64,000 nt of DNA, taken from the sequence record MT586120.1; one strand, given 5' to 3'. The notes below the pieces were generated by a model. The model searched no databases, was not told the origin of the DNA, and saw only the letters and a program-made list of their open reading frames with translations. Both the position numbers and the translations under genes were made by a program. Below, piece after piece: positions 57,707 to 64,000 of the stretch; positions within the stretch are counted from its first letter, which is position 1; each line of letters begins with the position of its first letter.

Positions 57707-57772
57707 CAGCGCTCTATTTAACCTTCGCAACCATTCTAACATACTGCGCAGCATTTAACAAGCGCGCACACA

Positions 57773-57796
57773 TATACTGCGCACGCAGTATATAAT
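57773..57796 (+). promoter_or_regulatory. palindrome ATATACTGCG-CA-CGCAGTATAT overlapping TATAAT
   Basis: Perfect 10-bp arms; same motif as the 55.4-kb cluster. Confidence 0.7.
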
Positions 57797-57816
57797 ATAC
57801 ATCACACACATTACTA

Positions 57817-57984
57817 ATGAACAACTACATCGACGACGCAGCACTCTATGAAGATATACTGCGCGAGGACGAAGTATATAATGGGCTACGCAGGCTTGAG
57901 CTGCCTGTAAGGGATGGACGCAGGCAACAGCGTAGACGCAGGGAGCGCCAGCGTCAAGCTTGTTACAATAAGTATCACAACTAG
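57817..57984 (+). CDS. small Arg-rich protein (not in track)
   Basis: MNNYIDDAALYED...RRQQRRRRERQRQ. Confidence 0.5.
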   Translation: MNNYIDDAALYEDILREDEVYNGLRRLELPVRDGRRQQRRRRERQRQACYNKYHN

Positions 57985-58039
57985 GACAGTATACTAACTG
58001 TCCACCAAACCAACACAGCGCAGCCATCTGCGCTATATT
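57984..58039 (+). promoter_or_regulatory. repeated promoter cassette
   Basis: GGACAGTA..AACTGTCCAC, AGCGCA/TGCGCT, TATATT. Confidence 0.8.
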
Positions 58040-58063
58040 ATATACATCAACACAAGGAACCCA

Positions 58064-58231
58064 ATGAACACATTCACACCCAATCCTATGCTTGAGATGT
58101 TAATGAGTCGTGAACAGTTAATGGAAGATATTGATGCGATTGTTGATAGTTTTGACCGTGATTCAGAAAGTAATGATGATTTAGTTTCTAGGCTATGTGA
58201 TGCTGTATGTGCTAATTTCCCCGCTAAGTAA
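58064..58231 (+). CDS. small acidic protein (not in track)
   Basis: MSREQLMEDIDAIV...LCDAVCANFP. Confidence 0.7.
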   Translation: MNTFTPNPMLEMLMSREQLMEDIDAIVDSFDRDSESNDDLVSRLCDAVCANFPAK

Positions 58232-58258
58232 CACCAACTCAATCCACACTATCTAACA

Positions 58259-58486
58259 ATGAACCTCGGTCATCTTCAAACAAAAATGTTGACGTTCGTC
58301 AATGAGCGTCCTGGTTTTCATCACATAAGAAAAGACAGAGATACACTTAGAGTGGCTAATTCACTCGCAAAGCGTAACTTAATAATACTTGAAGAATATC
58401 TTGGAGACTATACTATTCGTGCTATTGATAGCGAACGTGTTGATGTAAATGATTATAACTACGCAGGGAGTAGGCATCACTATTGA
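58259..58486 (+). CDS. small winged-helix-like hypothetical protein
   Basis: ORF; RVANSLAKRNLI pattern. Confidence 0.6.
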   Translation: MNLGHLQTKMLTFVNERPGFHHIRKDRDTLRVANSLAKRNLIILEEYLGDYTIRAIDSERVDVNDYNYAGSRHHY

Positions 58487-58488
58487 GT

Positions 58489-58545
58489 GTGCCAGTTGCG
58501 CTAGTGTCCACTAAATCACCCACTGGGCTCCTGGTGGGTTATATT
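58489..58545 (+). promoter_or_regulatory. repeated promoter cassette
   Basis: GTGCCAGTT..AGTGTCCAC, CCCAC/GTGGG, TATATT. Confidence 0.8.
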
Positions 58546-58568
58546 AATCACATCAACACAAAACCTCA

Positions 58569-58811
58569 ATGAACACCCTCAAAGATCTCCAAGCTAGAGT
58601 TGCCGCACTAATTGAACAGCAAGGCGAAGATTCTGTATGTGCTGCGTGGATTTACACTGGCGAAGATGTTATTAGATATGACGAAAATTGTGATGCAATA
58701 CGTCAGCCCAAAGAATTGAGAGATAAAGTAATAAATGGTTTAGATGACTATGATTACATTTATCAAGTTATTGATGAGGCTATTACTCAAGAATTAGATG
58801 AGTGTGTGTGA
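58569..58811 (+). CDS. hypothetical protein
   Basis: LIEQQGED..CAAWIYTGEDV. Confidence 0.75.
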   Translation: MNTLKDLQARVAALIEQQGEDSVCAAWIYTGEDVIRYDENCDAIRQPKELRDKVINGLDDYDYIYQVIDEAITQELDECV

Positions 58812-58864
58812 CAGTTGGGCTAGTGTCCACTGGGGCTAGCAGCTCCCCACCTAGCTGCTACAAT
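58808..58864 (+). promoter_or_regulatory. repeated promoter cassette
   Basis: GTGACAGTT..AGTGTCCAC, GGGG/CCCC, GCTACAATTGATTCATACCAAAC. Confidence 0.85.
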
Positions 58865-58890
58865 TGATTCATACCAAACAAGGGAACCCA

Positions 58891-59091
58891 ATGAACACCG
58901 TTGAAATCAACTACGAAATCGCCAAGCTTCGTGAGGAGCGTCAGCAGCTGCTGAACCGTGCGAACGTAATCGGTGATTGTATCCAAGAGCTTGCGCAGCT
59001 GCGCACCAAACAGCAACTTGCCTCAAAGCGTGAGCACGATGAGCGCTTCGAGTCCAGTGAGGACCTATTCGCTGAGATGTTTGGCGGTTGA
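58891..59091 (+). CDS. coiled-coil hypothetical protein
   Basis: ORF between cassettes. Confidence 0.7.
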   Translation: MNTVEINYEIAKLREERQQLLNRANVIGDCIQELAQLRTKQQLASKREHDERFESSEDLFAEMFGG

Positions 59092-59138
59092 TTAAGTGGC
59101 ACAAGGGGGCTAGGCAAGCCCCCACCACCTGCTACAAT
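59083..59138 (+). promoter_or_regulatory. repeated promoter cassette
   Basis: AAGTGGCAC, GGGGGCT/AGCCCCC, TACAAT. Confidence 0.8.
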
Positions 59139-59165
59139 TGATTCATACCAAACAAAGGAACCCCA

Positions 59166-59432
59166 ATGACTTCAGTTTTTCTAGTATTTCATGTTGAGTA
59201 TCCTTTCAACGAAGGCTGTGATAATGTTATTGGTGATGAATTCTCTAAAGTATTTCATACCAAAGAAGATGCTGAAGAGTATATCAAGAAGACTGATGTT
59301 TCAGAGTCAGTTCGAGTTGCTAAGTGGGCAAAAGAAAAGTGTGATAGGTTGGGTTGGGGTGAGGACATGCTTAAGCGCCTGATTAAATCAAATGTCAAAG
59401 AATGGGAGATTAAAGAGATTCCATTCGGCTGA
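59166..59432 (+). CDS. hypothetical protein
   Basis: ORF behind cassette. Confidence 0.7.
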   Translation: MTSVFLVFHVEYPFNEGCDNVIGDEFSKVFHTKEDAEEYIKKTDVSESVRVAKWAKEKCDRLGWGEDMLKRLIKSNVKEWEIKEIPFG

Positions 59433-59472
59433 TGCCCTCTCGCTACAAATAAAAACCACTAAAAAACACAAA

Positions 59473-59739
59473 ATGATCAGAACTCAAATCACTGTTGAAA
59501 TCAAGCGTAGCGAGTGGGAATGTTACATCGACACCCCAGATTCAGTCATCGAAACTATTAACAACTACTTTGCCTTTGTATTACAATCACGTGATACGGC
59601 ATTAGAAGCACAAGCTGAAATCTTTAAGTTTATGTGCATGTTTAGTGAGTTTGGTTTCTATGATAGTGAGCCTAGGCAATGTGCAACAGATACTATTAAC
59701 GATTTCTTCGGGGCAAGCTTGAGCAGGTGGGACAGTTGA
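59473..59739 (+). CDS. hypothetical protein
   Basis: FSEFGFYDSEP; ends inside next dyad. Confidence 0.7.
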   Translation: MIRTQITVEIKRSEWECYIDTPDSVIETINNYFAFVLQSRDTALEAQAEIFKFMCMFSEFGFYDSEPRQCATDTINDFFGASLSRWDS

Positions 59740-59786
59740 GCTAGTGGCACAAGGGAGCCGCCACTGGCTCCCACAGCTGCTATGAT
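59729..59786 (+). promoter_or_regulatory. repeated promoter cassette
   Basis: GGGACAGTT..AGTGGCAC, GGGAGCC/GGCTCCC, TATGAT. Confidence 0.8.
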
Positions 59787-59813
59787 TACAAAGTAATCGA
59801 GGGAGACACCCCA

Positions 59814-60005
59814 ATGAACATTCAAGTCAACGGCTACGCAATCGACACCCTTAAGCAAGCGCTTCAAGAGTCTTCGATGCTATGGCAAGAGCGTATCCTG
59901 CAAGCCGAGCGCGGCGAGCGTCAAAACCTCAGCATCGAGGGAGCCCGTATGATGCAAGATGACTTGAGGGACATCCTAGAGCAAATCAGGTTGCAAGACG
60001 CCTGA
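59814..60005 (+). CDS. hypothetical protein
   Basis: ORF between cassettes. Confidence 0.7.
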   Translation: MNIQVNGYAIDTLKQALQESSMLWQERILQAERGERQNLSIEGARMMQDDLRDILEQIRLQDA

Positions 60006-60007
60006 TC

Positions 60008-60052
60008 AACTGGCACACGGGAGCCACACAGGCTCCCACCACCTGCTACAAT
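60008..60052 (+). promoter_or_regulatory. repeated promoter cassette
   Basis: AACTGGCAC, GGGAGCC/GGCTCCC, TACAAT. Confidence 0.8.
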
Positions 60053-60078
60053 TGATTCATACCAAACAAAGGAACCCA

Positions 60079-60336
60079 ATGAACGGCTGGACTAACTACG
60101 AAACCTGGAACGCATCACTTTGGATCAGCAACGAGGAGTTCCTCTACAACACCGCTCGCGCTTGCGTGACCTATTGTGACCCCAGCGAGCAGCCTTGGAC
60201 CAAGTTCGTCCGTTGTATGACCGAGGGACAGATCGGCAGCTTCCTTGGTGAGACTGGCGATGGCGTCCGCTGGGATGATACCAGCATCAACGCCGATGAG
60301 ATGAACGAGATGATGCTAGAGTTAGTCGCTGACTGA
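60079..60336 (+). CDS. conserved phage hypothetical protein
   Basis: NGWTNYETWN..LWI.N.E.LY...TGDGVRW. Confidence 0.8.
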   Translation: MNGWTNYETWNASLWISNEEFLYNTARACVTYCDPSEQPWTKFVRCMTEGQIGSFLGETGDGVRWDDTSINADEMNEMMLELVAD

Positions 60337-60381
60337 ACTGGCACAAGGGGGCTCGCAGCCCCCTCCCACAGCTGCTACAAT
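60336..60381 (+). promoter_or_regulatory. repeated promoter cassette
   Basis: AACTGGCAC, GGGGGCT/AGCCCCC, TACAAT. Confidence 0.8.
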
Positions 60382-60407
60382 TACAGAGTAATCAAAACAC
60401 AGCACCA

Positions 60408-60578
60408 ATGACCGAAATGACTTTCTACGTGATGTTCAGCTCCGAGGAGCTTACAGAGCCAGACTACATTGGTCCTTTCTACAAGCTAGAAGACGCCGAA
60501 GATTACGCAGATCATCAGAACCAAGGGCTTGCGAACAACGGCATCCCTGGCTGGGTTGCTTCCTACGGGGTCGTCTGA
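60408..60578 (+). CDS. small hypothetical protein (not in track)
   Basis: EPDYIGPFYKLEDAEDYAD..N..LA..GIPG. Confidence 0.7.
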   Translation: MTEMTFYVMFSSEELTEPDYIGPFYKLEDAEDYADHQNQGLANNGIPGWVASYGVV

Positions 60579-60589
60579 ACCAATCTCCA

Positions 60590-60634
60590 AACTGTCCCAA
60601 TGGGGTTGACGGTTCCCCTCAAAACCGTTATATT
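60590..60634 (+). promoter_or_regulatory. repeated promoter cassette with canonical -35
   Basis: AACTGTCC, GGGG-TTGACG..CCCC, 17 bp, TATATT. Confidence 0.8.
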
Positions 60635-60696
60635 AGATTCATCGGTTGAGCCACACTCTACAGGCTCCCGGTTATCCACCTCATTTCTCTACAACA

Positions 60697-60999
60697 ATGA
60701 AAACCACACTTTCCACAATCTTCAGCCGCAATAACGTGATGAATGCCCTCCTGGCTCTCTGCACTGCTATCGAGTTCTGCTACGATATGGGCGCACGCTT
60801 CGGTACCTGGTATCGCCAGGGAGGGCGTGAGGAGCTCATCAAAGCCGTTGCCCTTATCATCACCGCAATCGTCTGGACCATCTCTACAGCCCGTCTGGGG
60901 GCACAGGTAGTCCGCACCAACGGACCAACCTGGCTCGCACAGGCTAACGCAACACGCCATCGTATCAGCCGCGCATTCAGCTACGAGTATGCCAGCTGA
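60697..60999 (+). CDS. membrane-associated hypothetical protein
   Basis: Hydrophobic segments. Confidence 0.65.
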   Translation: MKTTLSTIFSRNNVMNALLALCTAIEFCYDMGARFGTWYRQGGREELIKAVALIITAIVWTISTARLGAQVVRTNGPTWLAQANATRHRISRAFSYEYAS

Positions 61000-61046
61000 G
61001 ACACTGACACAAGGGGGCTAGGCAAGCCCCCATCACCTGCTACAAT
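60990..61046 (+). promoter_or_regulatory. repeated promoter cassette
   Basis: TGCCAGCT..ACTGACAC, GGGGGCT/AGCCCCC, TACAAT. Confidence 0.8.
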
Positions 61047-61076
61047 TGATTCATACCAAACAAAGGGAGACACCCA

Positions 61077-61307
61077 ATGTCCAGCACCACTTACACCCAG
61101 GCAGCTTACGCCGAAGCAATCCGCCGCCTCTCGGCTGGCTACGTTTCAGAGTTTGCTGAGTTTGCTGCAGGTGATGAGAGGATGCATGAGCTGATGATGG
61201 AACTTGCTTCTGAGTTCGTTGATGCCAATCTACCCATCGTCAGGGAGGAGGACGCAATCGACGTAGCTGCTGAGCTCCACTTGGGCATCACAATCCGTGC
61301 CGTGTGA
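61077..61307 (+). CDS. acidic hypothetical protein
   Basis: ORF between cassettes. Confidence 0.75.
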   Translation: MSSTTYTQAAYAEAIRRLSAGYVSEFAEFAAGDERMHELMMELASEFVDANLPIVREEDAIDVAAELHLGITIRAV

Positions 61308-61361
61308 CGGCTGACCAACTGACACAAGGGGGATAGCTAAGCCCCCACCACCTGCTACAAT
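61304..61361 (+). promoter_or_regulatory. repeated promoter cassette
   Basis: GTGACGGCT..AACTGACAC, hairpin, TACAAT. Confidence 0.8.
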
Positions 61362-61389
61362 TGATTCATACCAAACAAAGGAACCTCAA

Positions 61390-61704
61390 ATGCGCAAGAT
61401 TGAAATCCAAATGAACCGCGCTGTTCAGTCTGGCACCAATTTCAGCCAAGCTAACACCTCAGTTCATCATCACGAGGGTGTGGCTGTGGTTCGCCTGCAC
61501 GGTAACAAGATCGCTGAGGTAGGCGACGATTTCATCACTCTCTTCGATGGTGGCTTCCAATCCACTACCACCAAGAGCCGCCTCAATGCCTTGATGGCTG
61601 AGTTCTGCTCACCCGGTGAGAACGTATTCCAGAAAGCTTACCAGTGGTTCATCAAAGCCAATGGCGTCACCGTTCCATTTGAGTCAGGTGTGACACTCCG
61701 CTAA
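61390..61704 (+). CDS. conserved cyanophage hypothetical protein
   Basis: MRKIE.QMN.A, V.LHGNKIA, DGG.QS.TTKSRLNAL. Confidence 0.8.
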   Translation: MRKIEIQMNRAVQSGTNFSQANTSVHHHEGVAVVRLHGNKIAEVGDDFITLFDGGFQSTTTKSRLNALMAEFCSPGENVFQKAYQWFIKANGVTVPFESGVTLR

Positions 61705-61748
61705 ACTGGCACACGCTCCCTAGCGGGAGCTCCCCCAGCTGCTACAAT
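61690..61748 (+). promoter_or_regulatory. repeated promoter cassette
   Basis: GTGACACT..AACTGGCAC, GCTCCC/GGGAGC, TACAAT. Confidence 0.8.
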
Positions 61749-61774
61749 TGATTCATACCAAAGGAACCAAACCA

Positions 61775-62365
61775 ATGACCAAACTCACCACGCTTCAGGT
61801 TGCAGCCAAGCTCAAAACCACTGATTTCAGTGCATTCCCTAAGCCCGGTAAGAATAAGGGCGACCGTGGGCAGCTTCTTGAGTTAGCGCTTGGCGTTGCT
61901 AATTCTAGCGACTTGACTGACCTCCTCGATGGTGAGATTAAATCATTCACTCAAGGGCAGACGATTGCAGTCACCCAAGTTAAGCATTGTCTTACCGAAA
62001 TCATCGAAGAGAAAGTATCATTCAAAGAGAGTAAAGTCGGAGAGAAGTTAAAGCAAGCAATTTACGTAGGCTTCACTCGCAATAACGATTACATTGGTAC
62101 TGAGATTGTAAACGAAGAAAATTCAACAGCACATTATCAAGAATTGGAAGAGGATTACAACTTCATTGCTGATAGCATCCGCAACGCATTCGATACTAAT
62201 ACAACATTAGCAACTATCACTGGACCTAACAAACTCCTGCAAATTCGTACCAAGGCATCTAAAACCAACGGCAGATATGTGCCCCTATGTTATGCTGGTC
62301 AGACAATGAAAGATAAGGCAATGGCGTTCTATCTTACCGCTGGTTTCGGTAAAGAAATCATGTGA
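61775..62365 (+). CDS. MutH/Sau3AI-family PD-(D/E)xK endonuclease
   Basis: NKGDRGQLLELALG, D..DGEIK, LLQIRTKA, AFYL..GF parallel MutH motifs. Confidence 0.75.
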   Translation: MTKLTTLQVAAKLKTTDFSAFPKPGKNKGDRGQLLELALGVANSSDLTDLLDGEIKSFTQGQTIAVTQVKHCLTEIIEEKVSFKESKVGEKLKQAIYVGFTRNNDYIGTEIVNEENSTAHYQELEEDYNFIADSIRNAFDTNTTLATITGPNKLLQIRTKASKTNGRYVPLCYAGQTMKDKAMAFYLTAGFGKEIM

Positions 62366-62421
62366 GCCAGTTGAGCCACTGGCACAGGGAGCCTAGCAGG
62401 GCTCCCCCCAGCTGCTACAAT
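62364..62421 (+). promoter_or_regulatory. repeated promoter cassette
   Basis: GAGCCAGTT..ACTGGCAC, GGGAGCC/GGCTCCC, TACAAT. Confidence 0.8.
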
Positions 62422-62447
62422 TGATTCATACCAAACAAAGGAAACCA

Positions 62448-62729
62448 ATGGGAATCTCACTCGATCAGCAAGTCGCACAGCTCGCAGCCGAAGGTCATCA
62501 AGAGATTGCAGTCATCAAACTCCCTAGTCAGGCAACCCGCAAGCGTCGCAAGCCTAGCAAGCGTCGCACTCCACAAACCACTAACGCGGTCAGCCAAACA
62601 ACCTACACTCAAACCGAGAGCCGCAACCTAGGCAAGATTAGTTCAGCCTATGCGCGTCAAGTCCGAGCAGATAGAAGGGCAGCGGCTCAACAAAAAGCAG
62701 CCGAGCTTAACGGTCAGCCAATCTTCTAA
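62448..62729 (+). CDS. basic hypothetical protein
   Basis: Arg/Lys-rich RKRRKPSKRR. Confidence 0.7.
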   Translation: MGISLDQQVAQLAAEGHQEIAVIKLPSQATRKRRKPSKRRTPQTTNAVSQTTYTQTESRNLGKISSAYARQVRADRRAAAQQKAAELNGQPIF

Positions 62730-62772
62730 GAGGCACAAGGGGGCTAGCAGCTCCCCCCCTAGCTGCTACAAT
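62715..62772 (+). promoter_or_regulatory. repeated promoter cassette
   Basis: AAGAGGCAC, GGGGG/CCCCC, TACAAT. Confidence 0.8.
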
Positions 62773-62799
62773 TGATTCATACCAAACAAAGGAACTCAA

Positions 62800-63264
62800 A
62801 TGGCTACCTACACAAACGCTCAATTGATCGCATTCTTTAAGCAATGGGAGCCTAAGGTTCAATACTTCGGGATCGATATTGTCCCCCCTGGATTCTTCAA
62901 GTTCTACAAGCAGGGTAGGGAGCTTGTTAAGGCAGAAGCTGCTGCCACCTTAGCAGCTGCTAAAACTAACAGCCGCACCCCCCTAACAGAATCCGAGCTT
63001 CGTCCCGTCTTCGAAGAGTACCTCGCAACATATCTCGATAATGGGCTTAAGGCTAAGGTCTTTGATCGCTATGCTCCAGTTGAAGCCATTAGCACCGAGC
63101 GCCTAGATAGGGTCGCTACCGTTATGGGTATCCATGGGCAGATCGCCGCTCGCGATACTAGAAATAACTCAACTAAGAGCTGCCTGGATCGTATGGGTAA
63201 AACGCTTGTAGCCATTCTCGAAGAGTACAATGAAATGGTAGGATTCGAGCGCTTCGCCGCATGA
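62800..63264 (+). CDS. hypothetical protein
   Basis: ORF behind cassette. Confidence 0.75.
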   Translation: MATYTNAQLIAFFKQWEPKVQYFGIDIVPPGFFKFYKQGRELVKAEAAATLAAAKTNSRTPLTESELRPVFEEYLATYLDNGLKAKVFDRYAPVEAISTERLDRVATVMGIHGQIAARDTRNNSTKSCLDRMGKTLVAILEEYNEMVGFERFAA

Positions 63265-63271
63265 TTCTATC

Positions 63272-63308
63272 AAGGGGCTAGCCACCTAGCCCCGATCTAT
63301 GCTACAAT
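63272..63308 (+). promoter_or_regulatory. repeated promoter cassette (dyad absent)
   Basis: GGGGCTAG-ccac-CTAGCCCC, TACAAT, TTCATACCAAAC. Confidence 0.75.
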
Positions 63309-63335
63309 TCATTCATACCAAACCAGGAACCGACA

Positions 63336-63554
63336 ATGCCTTTCTCACCTGCCTGCCGCCTTTCAGACCAGACCCGTGTATGGGTTGAGCGCTCAATTCA
63401 CGAGGGAGTAGACCAGGCACTCGAAGCCAACTTCGGACCAGCACAGGGTCAGACTGCTACCGCCATTGCTCTCCGCTTCGCTGCTACGTATTCAGAGGAG
63501 GGCAAGACGATGAGCCTAGCTAACCCCACTAGCGGAATCAGAGCCGAAGATTGA
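63336..63554 (+). CDS. hypothetical protein
   Basis: ORF between cassettes. Confidence 0.65.
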   Translation: MPFSPACRLSDQTRVWVERSIHEGVDQALEANFGPAQGQTATAIALRFAATYSEEGKTMSLANPTSGIRAED

Positions 63555-63560
63555 CCAGCC

Positions 63561-63599
63561 AAGGGGGTTGACGGATCAGCCCCCTCTATGGTCTACAAT
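63561..63599 (+). promoter_or_regulatory. repeated promoter cassette
   Basis: GGGGGTTGACG..CCCCC, TACAAT; near-identical to the copy at 63757. Confidence 0.75.
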
Positions 63600-63624
63600 T
63601 CTTACATACCAAACAAGGGAACCG

Positions 63625-63768
63625 ATGAACGCCAAAATCTACATAGCATCGATGACCATTGGCTTCACGCTCTCCACCCTAGCCATTGTATTTGGGGCTA
63701 TGTCCTTGGACTTCCAAGAGCCTTCGGCAGCAACCCCAGTTGCTCAAATCACCTGCCAAGGGGGTTGA
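63625..63768 (+). CDS. small single-TM protein
   Basis: IYIASMTIGFTLSTLAIVFGAM. Confidence 0.6.
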   Translation: MNAKIYIASMTIGFTLSTLAIVFGAMSLDFQEPSAATPVAQITCQGG

Positions 63769-63794
63769 CGGATCAGCCCTCTATGGTCTACAAT
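63734..63794 (+). promoter_or_regulatory. repeated promoter cassette
   Basis: TTGACG-18-TACAAT, CATACCAAACAAGGGAACCG. Confidence 0.75.
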
Positions 63795-63819
63795 TCATTC
63801 ATACCAAACAAGGGAACCG

Positions 63820-64000
63820 ATGACGACTCTTCACTCTATCGAAAATCTCACAGCCGAGCTCGACCGCCTAGAGGGAATCAAGAATCGCCTAGCAGGGCTG
63901 ATCGTAGACCTTAAGCTCACCAACCCAGACTCACTATTCATCGGACTCTATCAGGACCGCCTCAAGTTCAATGTTCTCCCCGCCATCAAACTCACCAAGG
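63820..64000 (+). CDS. hypothetical protein, truncated by window end
   Basis: MTTLHSIENLTAELDRL..., open to the edge. Confidence 0.6.
   Translation, partial: MTTLHSIENLTAELDRLEGIKNRLAGLIVDLKLTNPDSLFIGLYQDRLKFNVLPAIKLTK

Noticed and set aside
56069-62447. Track starts such as MIHTKQ.., MPYTNH.., MSTKSP..
   Set aside because: These start codons fall inside the cassette -10/leader; the ATG after the AGGAAC-type RBS was used instead.
56013-63820. CRISPR array reading of the regularly recurring repeats
   Set aside because: Intervening sequences are 150-600 bp intact ORFs, repeats are degenerate promoters with RBS, and no cas genes are present.
29034-63820. Classical integron (attC cassettes)
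   Set aside because: No tyrosine recombinase in the window, each unit has its own promoter, and the repeats lack attC R''/R' architecture; kept only as an analogy.
1-64000. tRNA, rRNA or photosynthesis/auxiliary metabolic genes
   Set aside because: No cloverleaf/T-loop signatures or recognisable psbA, hli, talC-type genes seen by eye; a tRNAscan-SE run would confirm.

Overview
64 kb of a T4-like cyanophage (cyanomyovirus) genome, almost all on the + strand. 1-28.4 kb is a late/structural module: gp32 SSB, gp2-like, gp4, baseplate gp54/48/53/26/51, a tail protein with two peptidoglycan-hydrolase domains, gp27-like hub, a two-part gp5, a 1545-aa collagen-like fibre followed directly by two GT-B glycosyltransferases and a prolyl-4-hydroxylase-like 2OG-Fe(II) oxygenase, and two more large fibre proteins. 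28.4-64 kb is an early/accessory region of about 90 mostly small ORFs, including Dam and other methyltransferases (two with a separately encoded SAM-binding half), helicases, a host-type type IV pilin pair, a deaminase, a GNAT, a MutH/Sau3AI-like nuclease and a degenerate GIY-YIG endonuclease. This region is punctuated by about 35 copies (manual count) of one intergenic cassette: dyad, variable-sequence hairpin, -10 box and conserved leader/RBS. A largely non-coding repeat-rich stretch lies at 54.3-56.0 kb. No tRNA, rRNA, CRISPR, integrase or reverse transcriptase was seen. All assignments come from motif recognition by eye; no searches were run.
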